This document shows, one piece after another, positions 1 through 9,532 of a stretch of DNA of 22,219 nt (positions are counted from its first letter, which is position 1; each line of letters begins with the position of its first letter). A program made the position numbers and the translations under genes. The notes beneath the pieces are model-generated. The model made no database searches. It was not told the origin of the DNA and was given only the letters and a program-made list of their open reading frames with translations. The stretch lies in NCBI GenBank assembly GCA_016930515.1, contig JAFGGO010000155.1:1-22219 (forward strand), read 5' to 3'. Source of the DNA: Promethearchaeota archaeon (GTDB taxonomy: Archaea; Asgardarchaeota; Lokiarchaeia; Sigyniarchaeales; SOKP01).

Positions 1-13
1 AATTAAAATAATA

Positions 14-20
14 TCCTCCT
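14..20 (-). promoter_or_regulatory. Shine-Dalgarno-like AGGAGGA, possibly for a divergent gene starting at or beyond the left window edge
   Basis: + strand TCCTCCT at 14-20; the gene itself is not visible. Confidence 0.35.
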
Positions 21-168
21 TACTAATATCTTATGACTATTTTTTGTCTTTTAATCAATAAAATAATTTCAAAAATTGACCACATGAATTTAAATATCCT
101 TGTACGTAATTTTTTAATTAAAAGGCGAAAATGCTTTTTTGCACTAATTAAGTACATGACGATACATC

Positions 169-1197
169 ATGAAAAATAACAACCTAGAAGTTTTAATAAA
201 ATTTAATAACCTTACAAAAAAATTTGGAACACTTTACGCAGTTCGTAACGTAAGTCTTGAAATCAAGCGCGGGGAAATCGTTGGGTTTTTAGGACCAAAC
301 GGCGCAGGGAAAACAACTACCATGAAAATGATGGCAAACCTCTTAAAACCAAACGAAGGAGAGGTTTTGATACGGGCTAACGGGGAATTTCAAAAATTAA
401 CCAATAAAAACAAGGATTATCTCTTGGATAATATGGGCTTTCTAATTGAGATTCCTGCCTTTTACGAAAGAGTTACTCCTAAAGAGATTTTAGGATATTT
501 CGCAAAACTGAAAGGATATCCACGAAAAAGCATTGACAGAAGGATTGATACGGTTTTAAACATGATGGAAATGCTTGAATGGAAGAACAAGTATATCGGA
601 ACATTTTCCAAGGGCATGAAACAAAAGATCGGTATAATGTCTGCCATCATTCACGATCCGGACATTATTGTTTTGGACGAACCTCAAACGGGCTTGGATC
701 CCGCAGCAAGGAAGGAAGTAAGAGATTTCATATTAAAATTGAAGAAACAAGGAAAAACGGTATTTCTTAGCAGTCACTTACTATATGAAATTAGCGAAGT
801 AGCCGATAGAATCGCAATAATTAACAAGGGAAAATTAATCGCGTTTGACACCCTAGAGAATTTGGAAAGAAAAGTACGCAAGAGCGTGATAAATTTCGAG
901 TTGCTTAAACCACCTGAAGAAAATGTTGAAGTCCTTATAGACAAACTCAGGAGTTTGATAGGTCCACTCACAGGCATTAGCGAGCGAGAATCTTGGATCA
1001 AGTACGATGATAATAGCAAGATCTTTCAAGTCCTATTTGATGGAAATCCCGAAAATCAGGCTTTGATCCTGAAAAAGCTCTTGAACGATGGCCAAGATAT
1101 TTTAGAATATTCCGTGCCAAAAGCTGGTCTTTTAGAGATATTATTCATGGAACTTACTAAATCAGACGAAAGAAAAGGAGGAGGGATTGATATATGA
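169..1197 (+). CDS. ABC transporter ATP-binding protein (ABC-2/DrrA-like)
   Basis: Walker A GPNGAGKTT, signature FSKGMKQK, Walker B IIVLDEP, H-loop SSH. Confidence 0.95.
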   Translation: MKNNNLEVLIKFNNLTKKFGTLYAVRNVSLEIKRGEIVGFLGPNGAGKTTTMKMMANLLKPNEGEVLIRANGEFQKLTNKNKDYLLDNMGFLIEIPAFYERVTPKEILGYFAKLKGYPRKSIDRRIDTVLNMMEMLEWKNKYIGTFSKGMKQKIGIMSAIIHDPDIIVLDEPQTGLDPAARKEVRDFILKLKKQGKTVFLSSHLLYEISEVADRIAIINKGKLIAFDTLENLERKVRKSVINFELLKPPEENVEVLIDKLRSLIGPLTGISERESWIKYDDNSKIFQVLFDGNPENQALILKKLLNDGQDILEYSVPKAGLLEILFMELTKSDERKGGGIDI

Positions 1198-2102
1198 AAT
1201 CGCAAAGTGAAATATTAAAGGAAGAAGTAGCCATAGAAAAACAAGAAGCGGGAATTAGAAGAAATTTGACTCAAATCGCAGATACGATTGTATTTGACCT
1301 CCAAAAGAATCTCAGGATTTTTATGATCATGTTTCTGGCATTTTTGGTTATTTTTATACTTTCTTTTGTTATTCAGGAATTACAATACATGCAAGATGTG
1401 CCCTTACCTGATGATCCAATCGATTACATGCAATCATACCTGAGTTTTTTCGGATTCATGATAATGTTGAGTTCGGCATTCTTAGCAGGTTCGATCATCG
1501 CAGAAGACTTTCAAAAGCAAACATCTAATTTGATATTTCCCAAGATTAGCAAGATTCGCTTGTTTATAGGGAGGACTATTTCAAGATACACGATGTCAGC
1601 GTGCATAATAAGTTTTTATTACTTTCTAATCAGCCTAGTTACATTTATGCAATATGAAGAAACGCCCGTGATTCTGTGGAATTCCCTGGGATGGGCATTA
1701 TTATACGCATTCATGCTATTTTCGTTTGTTACATTTATGAGTAGCTTTATGAAAAGTACGACATTGAGTATAGGTATAAGTTTGGTCTTCTTGCTTATCG
1801 TTTTCGATATATTAACATCAATCTTAATGTTCTCTGGAAGTACGGAGATCGAGCCATTATTCTCTCTAACCTATTACCAAAATATCATTTCACAATGCAT
1901 GGACATGCCCGATCCGAGGTATATGGAAATAGTTTTTAATATTCCGTTTAATATGGAAGAACTTGGTGATTTATCCATAAGATTTGTAAATTGGTTTACT
2001 CCAAGCGAAATTGGGGCGTTTATAGGAATGGTTTCATTTTCGATAGCGTTTATGAGTTTTGCCATGATATTTTACAGGCGAAGGCAGAGTAAGAGCATAT
2101 AA
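1194..2102 (+). CDS. ABC-2 type transporter permease
   Basis: About 6 hydrophobic TM segments; ATGA start/stop overlap with the ATPase; GGAGG upstream. Confidence 0.85.
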   Translation: MKSQSEILKEEVAIEKQEAGIRRNLTQIADTIVFDLQKNLRIFMIMFLAFLVIFILSFVIQELQYMQDVPLPDDPIDYMQSYLSFFGFMIMLSSAFLAGSIIAEDFQKQTSNLIFPKISKIRLFIGRTISRYTMSACIISFYYFLISLVTFMQYEETPVILWNSLGWALLYAFMLFSFVTFMSSFMKSTTLSIGISLVFLLIVFDILTSILMFSGSTEIEPLFSLTYYQNIISQCMDMPDPRYMEIVFNIPFNMEELGDLSIRFVNWFTPSEIGAFIGMVSFSIAFMSFAMIFYRRRQSKSI

Positions 2103-2240
2103 CTCAATATTTTTTTTTATTTTAAATAATTTGTTTAATACTGAAATGTAATGAAATAGCTATTTTTTTATAGATAAAATAAACAATAAAATGAAAGGAA
2201 AATCTATTTTTAAAATCGTTAAAATTATTAGAACAAGGAA

Positions 2241-3599
2241 TTATTCCTCAGTATCGCCGAAATAATCAATGATTTCGAAAATCTCGTCAACTAAGTCTTC
2301 GAGGTTGACAATTTTTTGTTCTTCCGTTTTCATATTTTTTACGGTAACCTTGTTTAATTCCATTTCCTTGGGACCAAGAATGAGCGTGATTAGAACTCCA
2401 ATATCCCCTGCCTTGCTCAATTGATTCTTGAGGTTGTTAAATCTGTAATCGACGATGCAAGGTAGATCTTCTTCGCGGAGTAATTTTGAAATTTTAATTG
2501 CGTAAGAGGATACTTTTTCGTTAATTGAGGCAATATAAATCGTATCCGTGTAGTCTTTTTCGCCAATATAATCTGGTATCAAGCCGTATGTCTCTAAAAA
2601 TAACGATAACATGAGTACTCCCATTCCAAATCCCACACCAGTTATTTTCTCGTTAGAAAACAAGGATAATAAATCATCATACCTGCCACCACCACAAATT
2701 GATCGGATATTTTTACTTCCCGTGTCGAACAATTCGAAAACCGTTCCCGTATAATAATCCAAACCTCTTACAACACTAAAGTTGAGAGAACAATAAGATA
2801 CGATTTCGTTGTCTCGTATGAGGTTTTCTAATTCCGTGATCTCCTTGTATCCAATTGATTCGTAAAATTCTTGAGGAACATTTTCAAAACATTGAACAAG
2901 CTCATCCAAGTTATTAACACCTTTTAATTTCACAATTCCATCGCATATTCTTGCGTCTTTGAATGATTCTTTCAAAAAATCTTTGAATTCTTGTTCATTC
3001 ATTTTTTCAGACTTGTCGATGACTTTATAAACCTTTGAGAGGTCTTTTTCAGGAATTCCAAGCATTATTTTGCACACAGCATCGACCAAACGACGATTAT
3101 TATAGTAGATTTGAAATTGTTTTGAAGTTGCCCCAAAGCTTGTTAGAATATCAATAAGGATTTGAAACATTTCTAATTCCGCGTAAAGACTGGTTTCATC
3201 AAGAATATCGAAATTAACCTGTTGAAAGCTCCTCATCCTCCCGCGCTGTGGTCTTTCGTATCTAAAACAAACAGGATTTGAATACCAGCGTATTGGTCTT
3301 TTCAATTCTTGGCTTTTTCGTGCAACCATTCGCGCCAAGGACGGTGTAAGTTCTGGGCGCAAGATTAACCTCGTTCCTTTTTTTTTTTCCACGATAAATG
3401 ATTGCTCGTTTACCAGTTCTTCTGACGATTTAGCGGCAAAAATGTCAATTGATTCCATTAAAGGAGATTCAAATTCCTCATAATCGTAAAGATTTGCAAT
3501 GTCGCCTATTAGCTCTTCAATCCACCGGACTTTCCTCAAATCAGATGGGTAGAAATCTTTCATCCCCCTGAGGGGTTCTTTTGAAAATTTTTTCGACAT
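2241..3599 (-). CDS. hisS: Histidine--tRNA ligase
   Basis: RGMKD, LRPELT, FRYERPQRGRMRSF (motif 2), RGLDYYTG, GGGRYD, C-terminal anticodon-binding domain. Confidence 0.97.
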   Translation of the reverse strand: MSKKFSKEPLRGMKDFYPSDLRKVRWIEELIGDIANLYDYEEFESPLMESIDIFAAKSSEELVNEQSFIVEKKKGTRLILRPELTPSLARMVARKSQELKRPIRWYSNPVCFRYERPQRGRMRSFQQVNFDILDETSLYAELEMFQILIDILTSFGATSKQFQIYYNNRRLVDAVCKIMLGIPEKDLSKVYKVIDKSEKMNEQEFKDFLKESFKDARICDGIVKLKGVNNLDELVQCFENVPQEFYESIGYKEITELENLIRDNEIVSYCSLNFSVVRGLDYYTGTVFELFDTGSKNIRSICGGGRYDDLLSLFSNEKITGVGFGMGVLMLSLFLETYGLIPDYIGEKDYTDTIYIASINEKVSSYAIKISKLLREEDLPCIVDYRFNNLKNQLSKAGDIGVLITLILGPKEMELNKVTVKNMKTEEQKIVNLEDLVDEIFEIIDYFGDTEE

Positions 3600-3884
3600 T
3601 AATAGGGATATATTTTGATAAGAATTAAGTTTTTACCATTGAATGTCTCTACTATATATTTTATTTAGAATTTTATTACTTTAAAAACAAAAAAAATAAG
3701 AAGCACTTAAAAATAGTGATTGCGTATTATGAATTAGACCATTATTTATAAATTTCGTTGAAAACCACGAGTGCTTTATTCAAGTATTTGGGGATAGAGA
3801 GCACTATAATATCTAATGAATGACTTTTGAATAATATAAAAAATAATCAGACTCCCAACAATATTATATGTAGGAGAAGTTGTC

Positions 3885-5477
3885 ATGAGTTCAAGAGTAT
3901 TGAAAAAGTTATTTTTAAAAGGAGAAAAATGTTTTGAAGACAAAAAGTACGATAAAGCAATAATGTACTACGATAAAATCTTAGAAAAAGACCCTAACGA
4001 GCCACAAGCGTGGCTAAACAAGGGTGCCGCCTTAACAAACCAAAAGAAATACACAGAAGCGATCCAATGCCTTGCAATTTCGCTCAAACTCAATCCAAAA
4101 GATCCCATAGCTTGGTTCAATAAAGGAATTGCCTTGGAACAATTTGATAAGTACGAGGAGGCTCTTGAATCTTACCACAAAGCCAATTCTTTAGACCCCA
4201 CCTTCGAACATGCCAAGCATTTAGAAGAAGCCTTAACAAAGAAATTAGGTAAAGGCCCTGAAATAGAAGCCTTAGAAAAACTCGAAAAAACCCAAGGCCT
4301 GATGATCGAGCTAAATAACTCATTAATAGAAGAAAAAACACCCTCCGATCAACCGAAAGAAATTGCACATATTGAGGAAACATCCATATCAAAAACTCAG
4401 CCTCAATTACAAGTTAAGGAAGAGGAATTAATCCTCAATAGAAAAATTCACGAAGAGTCAGAAATTGAAGCTCCGAAAATTGACTTATCCTTAATAAACA
4501 AAGAGGAAGAGCTTTACTTTTTAAAGCTAGATAAAGAGGATAAAATTAAAAATCCAGTTGAGGAAGAGATGCTCGAACAAGAAGAACTCATCCTCACAAA
4601 AATCGAGATAGAAAAACCGGAAAATCTTTCAAAGATCAAGGTTGTTGTGAGCGAACAAAATGAGTTTATTCAGAAAGTTCCAAATCAAGGTTTACAAATT
4701 GTGAATCAGTTAAAAGAAGAGAGTGGATTTGATCCTGAAACAGAAGAGAGTGAATCGGGATATAACGAAGAATTTCGCGAAAACGATCCATTCTTTATTG
4801 ATAACGACGCACCAATCGAGATCGAAGAAGATAACATGCGTGGAGCTCATCAGGATAATACTACAACTCCGTCGGGTTTTCCTGCACAAGTATACTCCTC
4901 ATATAATCAAGGTTTAAAGCATGTGAAAGAAGGCGATTATTTAAAAGCAGTTCTCGATTTTAACCAAGCTTTAAGCATTGATAATGGTTTTAGCTGGGCG
5001 TGGTATCATAAGGGATTAACACTATTAAAATTGCTAGATTACGAAGAAGCGATTAAATGTTTTGACGAGGCCATTCAACTCAACCCAAAGCTCATTGAAG
5101 CACTTGCTGGGAAGGGGGCCGCGCTTGGAGCCAGTGGAGATTTAGAAACAGCACTAGAATGCTACGAGGAGGTTCTTTTTCTGAATCCTACAAACCATAA
5201 GGTGTGGTGTAATAAAGGTTTAGCTCTCGCTAAGATTGGAAGGCACGAAGAAGCAATAATGAGCTTCGATGAGGCATTAGCCTTAAATGCGAGCTTGGTT
5301 GATGCGTGGACCGGGAAAGGAGTTGCGTTAGGAATATTAGAAAGGCACGAAGAGGCGATATATTGCTTTGATGAGGCTTTAAAAATTAAACCCGATTTTC
5401 GGGCCGCACGAAAATATAAAGCAATTGAAGAAAAAAATCTTCAAAAAGACATCTTGCTGAGAGAAACTACCGTATAA
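3885..5477 (+). CDS. Tetratricopeptide repeat protein (N- and C-terminal TPR blocks, acidic linker)
   Basis: Repeated 34-aa units of type AWxNKGxAL..L..YEEA...FD.AL.LNP; AGGAG upstream. Confidence 0.9.
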   Translation: MSSRVLKKLFLKGEKCFEDKKYDKAIMYYDKILEKDPNEPQAWLNKGAALTNQKKYTEAIQCLAISLKLNPKDPIAWFNKGIALEQFDKYEEALESYHKANSLDPTFEHAKHLEEALTKKLGKGPEIEALEKLEKTQGLMIELNNSLIEEKTPSDQPKEIAHIEETSISKTQPQLQVKEEELILNRKIHEESEIEAPKIDLSLINKEEELYFLKLDKEDKIKNPVEEEMLEQEELILTKIEIEKPENLSKIKVVVSEQNEFIQKVPNQGLQIVNQLKEESGFDPETEESESGYNEEFRENDPFFIDNDAPIEIEEDNMRGAHQDNTTTPSGFPAQVYSSYNQGLKHVKEGDYLKAVLDFNQALSIDNGFSWAWYHKGLTLLKLLDYEEAIKCFDEAIQLNPKLIEALAGKGAALGASGDLETALECYEEVLFLNPTNHKVWCNKGLALAKIGRHEEAIMSFDEALALNASLVDAWTGKGVALGILERHEEAIYCFDEALKIKPDFRAARKYKAIEEKNLQKDILLRETTV

Positions 5478-5484
5478 TTTGGAT

Positions 5485-6312
5485 TTATTGAAGCGCATCT
5501 TTAATTCCTGATACGAAAGAAACCATATCTTGTTCCATTTTCTCAAAATCGTGCAAATTTCTTTCGACAATGTTGACTATGGCGGAGCCTATTATGACCC
5601 CATTGGCTCCTGCTTGAGTAATTTCAATGACATGATCTGGTTTGGATATTCCAAAACCAACCAAGATCGGAATCACATTATTTGTAAGCTTGCTGATTCT
5701 GTGCATTGTATCTATCGTGATTTGGGATGTTGAAGTTCTTGCTCCCGTGACGCCCATAACAGAAATTAAATAGATGAAACCACGCGCAACTTTGAGAATT
5801 TTTTGAAGTCTTTCTTCCGTAGTCGATGGTGCAATGAGAAATATCAAGCATAGATCGTGCTTTTCGCAGGCTTTTAGTGTTGGACCTGCTTCTTCAATAG
5901 GTAAATCTCCTATCACGATTCCATCAACGCCACTTTCTTTCAATTTTTTAATTGTCTTATCTAACGATTCTTCAATCGTGTCTTCTCCTTGAATAATTAT
6001 GTTGTAATAAGTGAGTACGACTATCGGTTTTTCGGTCTTTTCTCTTATTTTTTTTATAGCATTGAGAGCAACCGCGGTGTTAATTCCCGTCTTAAATGCT
6101 CTTGTATTTGCAGCTTGGATCGTTGGTCCGTCAGCAATGGGATCGGAAAAAGGTATCCCAATCTCTAAAATATCAGCATATGGTTCAATCGCCAAGCATA
6201 ATTTTTTAAATTGCTCAATATTCGGATCTCCTGCAACTAAAAATGGCATGAATTTTTTTGCCTTAGTTCTATTGCTTGTTTCAAATAGCTGTATTATTCT
6301 ATTATATTTCAT
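5485..6312 (-). CDS. trpA: Tryptophan synthase alpha chain
   Basis: LEIGIPFSDPIADGPTIQ (catalytic Glu and Asp), GVTG, VGFGIS, IIGSAIV. Confidence 0.97.
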   Translation of the reverse strand: MKYNRIIQLFETSNRTKAKKFMPFLVAGDPNIEQFKKLCLAIEPYADILEIGIPFSDPIADGPTIQAANTRAFKTGINTAVALNAIKKIREKTEKPIVVLTYYNIIIQGEDTIEESLDKTIKKLKESGVDGIVIGDLPIEEAGPTLKACEKHDLCLIFLIAPSTTEERLQKILKVARGFIYLISVMGVTGARTSTSQITIDTMHRISKLTNNVIPILVGFGISKPDHVIEITQAGANGVIIGSAIVNIVERNLHDFEKMEQDMVSFVSGIKDALQ

Positions 6313-6356
6313 TTTTACTTCTTTTCAATTACAATTTGTTATTAGTTCGAATATAT

Positions 6357-6806
6357 TTATTTCAAACCCATTAATTGGATGAACTCCTCAAGATCGATCA
6401 ATTTATCACCATTAAGATCCACATCTTTTACCATTTCTTCAAGTTGATCGTCTGCAAGGTCCTCTCCAACCTCTATCATTATCTTCTTCAATTCCTCAAC
6501 TGAAATTAATCCACTATCATCATTATCGCATATTTTAAATGCTTCTCTTATTTTTAATTCTCTTGCTCTAGAAAGGACCAGCTTTTTATAAAGCTTGATA
6601 AATTCGTGAAAAGTAATAGTTCCATCTGAATTTACATCTATTTCCATCAATTTTCTAAGCTTTTCATCGTTTGGAAGATTTTCGTTAAGTTCGGCGAAGA
6701 CCTTTCCTACTTCCTTAAAAGATATCGATCCACTTCCGTCCTCATCGCAAAAAGCAAATAATTCTCTTATTCTAAGCAACTCCTCATCTTCAAGTTCATC
6801 ATACAT
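6357..6806 (-). CDS. Calmodulin-like protein with four EF-hands
   Basis: Loops DEDGSGSISFKE, DVNSDGTITFHE, DNDDSGLISVEE and DLNGDKLIDLEE starting at D21, D57, D94 and D130; 149 aa. Confidence 0.93.
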   Translation of the reverse strand: MYDELEDEELLRIRELFAFCDEDGSGSISFKEVGKVFAELNENLPNDEKLRKLMEIDVNSDGTITFHEFIKLYKKLVLSRARELKIREAFKICDNDDSGLISVEELKKIMIEVGEDLADDQLEEMVKDVDLNGDKLIDLEEFIQLMGLK

Positions 6807-6826
6807 TTTTATTTTACCTATTTTTT

Positions 6827-8053
6827 TTAATCTTGAATTTCATATTTTTCAGGATCTATCTTAAATTGAATATGCTCTTTCACGATAGAAAGATCTTTTC
6901 CACCATTCCCACTAAGATTTACAACCACGATATCGTCTTTTTGAAATTCTTTTTTGATTTTTTCTAGATACGCTAATGCGTGAGAACTTTCTAAGGCGGG
7001 AATAATTCCTTCATAAAGCGATAAATTCTTAAATGCCTGTAGAGTTTCTTTATCCGTAGCTTCAGCAACTCTCAACCGATGAAGTTCTTTTAAATAACAA
7101 TGCTCGGGTCCAACACCAGGATAATCAAGACCTGCGCTTATTGAGTGTGTCTCTGTTATGTTCCCATATCCGTCCTGCAATAAGTATTGCATTGCTCCGT
7201 GGAGGACTCCCTTGCGCCCTAAGCCCAAGGCAATGGAATGTTTATTAGTATCTTTACCTTCTCCTGCAGCTTCAACACCGATTAAATTCACGCTATCGTC
7301 ATTTACAAAGTCGTAAAAGGCCCCTATAGCGTTACTTCCTCCTCCTATGCAAGCTATGATGGCATCAGGAAGCTTTCCTTCATATCGCAAAATTTGATCT
7401 TTTATTTCTTTTCCGATTACTCTTTGGAATTCCCGAACAATGAGTGGATATGGATGTGGTCCTACTACCGAGCCCATTAAATAATGTGTATCTTCTAAAT
7501 GGGAAATCCAATAGCGCAATCCCTCATTAACAGCATCCTTTAGCGTTTTTGAACCCGATTTAACTGGTATAACTTCAGCACCCAATAACTGCATCCGAAA
7601 GACATTGTACGCCTGCCTTTTAATATCGATTTCGCCCATAAAGACCTTGGTTTCCATGCCAAAATATGCTCCAGCAATTGCGGTCGCAAAACCATGTTGA
7701 CCAGCACCTGTTTCGGCCACTAGCTTGGTTTTTCCCATCTTTTTTGCGAGAAGCGCTTGACCCATGACATTATTGATTTTATGTGCGCCACCGTGGTTTA
7801 AATCTTCCCGTTTTAAATATACCTTGCATCCGATAAATTCACCATATCTTTTAGCGCGATAGAGTGGTGTGGGGCGTCCACTGTATTCCGAAAGAATTTG
7901 CGAAAATTCTTTTATGAAATTCTCGTCTTTTAAATATCTGAAATATCCCTCTTTGAGCTCGTTTAACGCCGGCATGAGAATTTCTGGAGCGAACATTCCT
8001 CCAAATTCCCCAAACTTTCCCAACTCGTCGGGATGCTTGCCAATATAATCCAT
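6827..8053 (-). CDS. trpB: Tryptophan synthase beta chain (TrpB1 type)
   Basis: [15 protein letters not shown] (PLP Lys), [42 protein letters not shown]. Confidence 0.97.
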   Translation of the reverse strand: MDYIGKHPDELGKFGEFGGMFAPEILMPALNELKEGYFRYLKDENFIKEFSQILSEYSGRPTPLYRAKRYGEFIGCKVYLKREDLNHGGAHKINNVMGQALLAKKMGKTKLVAETGAGQHGFATAIAGAYFGMETKVFMGEIDIKRQAYNVFRMQLLGAEVIPVKSGSKTLKDAVNEGLRYWISHLEDTHYLMGSVVGPHPYPLIVREFQRVIGKEIKDQILRYEGKLPDAIIACIGGGSNAIGAFYDFVNDDSVNLIGVEAAGEGKDTNKHSIALGLGRKGVLHGAMQYLLQDGYGNITETHSISAGLDYPGVGPEHCYLKELHRLRVAEATDKETLQAFKNLSLYEGIIPALESSHALAYLEKIKKEFQKDDIVVVNLSGNGGKDLSIVKEHIQFKIDPEKYEIQD

Positions 8054-8060
8054 ATTCTAA

Positions 8061-8714
8061 TTATTCACTTCTATTTTTAATTTTATTAATAACGTTTAAA
8101 AAAGCTTTAATTTTTGTAATGCTTTTAACACCTTTTTCAGATTCTAATGAACTGCTTGCGTCAACACCAAAAGGATTTAAAGAATTAGCCAAAGATTCTA
8201 CATTAAATTCGTTTATACCTCCAGCAAGTATTATTTTAGCCCCAGGCGATCGTTTTAACGCCTCCCTCACGAGATCTAAATCCATAAAACACCCTTCTCC
8301 TTCACTATTATCGAGTAAAAACGAAAATACCTGATCACTATATGAATTAATTACATCAATAATGTAGTTCTTATTGAGTTGATTTATTTTTAAAGCTAGA
8401 ATTATTTTTTTTCTTTTGTAGAGCGATAAAGATTTCAAGTCGTTCAGATCAAAATCAGGGTGCACTTGATATAATGATGCTGGAATATTATTCATAGTTG
8501 CATCAATTTCTTCCACGCTTGAAGGTTTAAATACTATAACGGTGATTAATTTATTCTCTATTTTCTGAAGTAACTTTTTAATTTCGTCTTTTTTTAGATT
8601 TCTTGGAGATGTTGGCACATTATAGACGAAACCCACAGCGTTTGCTCCATTTTGGGCGCATAAATCCACATGTTCAAATTCTTTCAAGCCACATATTTTT
8701 ACATATTCAATCAA
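8061..8714 (-). CDS. trpF: Phosphoribosylanthranilate isomerase
   Basis: VKICG, SPR, LLD, ILAGG, GVDASS.LE..KGVK; TTG start 2 nt after trpC stop. Confidence 0.92.
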   Translation of the reverse strand: MIEYVKICGLKEFEHVDLCAQNGANAVGFVYNVPTSPRNLKKDEIKKLLQKIENKLITVIVFKPSSVEEIDATMNNIPASLYQVHPDFDLNDLKSLSLYKRKKIILALKINQLNKNYIIDVINSYSDQVFSFLLDNSEGEGCFMDLDLVREALKRSPGAKIILAGGINEFNVESLANSLNPFGVDASSSLESEKGVKSITKIKAFLNVINKIKNRSE

Positions 8715-8716
8715 TC

Positions 8717-9511
8717 TTATCCCCTTAATTCCAATATCTTTTGCTTAATATTCTTGGATTGCATGATTGAAGCGCCTATCAAGAAAGCATTGGCACCGCT
8801 TGGTTTCAAGGTTTCAATATCCTGTCGGGAATTTATTCCACTCTCGCTAACTATAACAACATTGTTTCCGCAGAGTTTTCTAATTTTCGGGATTAATTGC
8901 TTTGAAGAGTTTAGATCTATTTCAAGAGTTTTAAGATTTCGATTATTAACTCCGATCAGACTAGGAAAAATTCCAGATTCTATTAATTGTTCGATGTCTT
9001 TCAATTCGCTTTCTTCGTGAATTTCTATAAGTGGTTCCATTCCCTCCTTTAAGATTAACTCGCATATTTCTATTAAATTGCATATAGAATTGATCACAAG
9101 CACATTTGAAGCGCCAAGACGGGAAGCGATTAAAATTTGTATTGGATCCACGACAAAGTCTTTCATTAGACAAGGAAGATGCGTGCTTGATAAAGCACTC
9201 TTAAGATTTCCGTATGAGCCGTAAAAATAATATGGTTCCGTAAGCACGCTTAGTCCGACCGCACCCGCCTCTTCCATTTCTATTGCCACGGATTTGACAT
9301 CGATATTTGATCGTATATTACCTAAAGTTGGAGATGCTGGTTTTATTTCTGAAATTATCGATATCGAATTGTTATTTTTGATCGATTCGCTCAAGCTTCT
9401 TCGTAAAATACTCCTGGGTAAAGTGTCCATAGAATTATAATATTCCCAATCCTCCTTAATAAATGCTTTCCTGCGATTTACGATTTCAGCGATTTTATTC
9501 GATATTGTCAT
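8717..9511 (-). CDS. trpC: Indole-3-glycerol phosphate synthase
   Basis: ISEIKPASPT, LSVLTE, LMKDF, IGVNNRNL, VSESGI, FLIG. Confidence 0.96.
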   Translation of the reverse strand: MTISNKIAEIVNRRKAFIKEDWEYYNSMDTLPRSILRRSLSESIKNNNSISIISEIKPASPTLGNIRSNIDVKSVAIEMEEAGAVGLSVLTEPYYFYGSYGNLKSALSSTHLPCLMKDFVVDPIQILIASRLGASNVLVINSICNLIEICELILKEGMEPLIEIHEESELKDIEQLIESGIFPSLIGVNNRNLKTLEIDLNSSKQLIPKIRKLCGNNVVIVSESGINSRQDIETLKPSGANAFLIGASIMQSKNIKQKILELRG

Positions 9512-9532
9512 ATTCGAGTCCTTTTTTCGGGT

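Noticed and set aside
3600-3720. His-rich leader upstream of hisS
   Set aside because: Only a 4-codon ORF (MVKT) without His codons was seen
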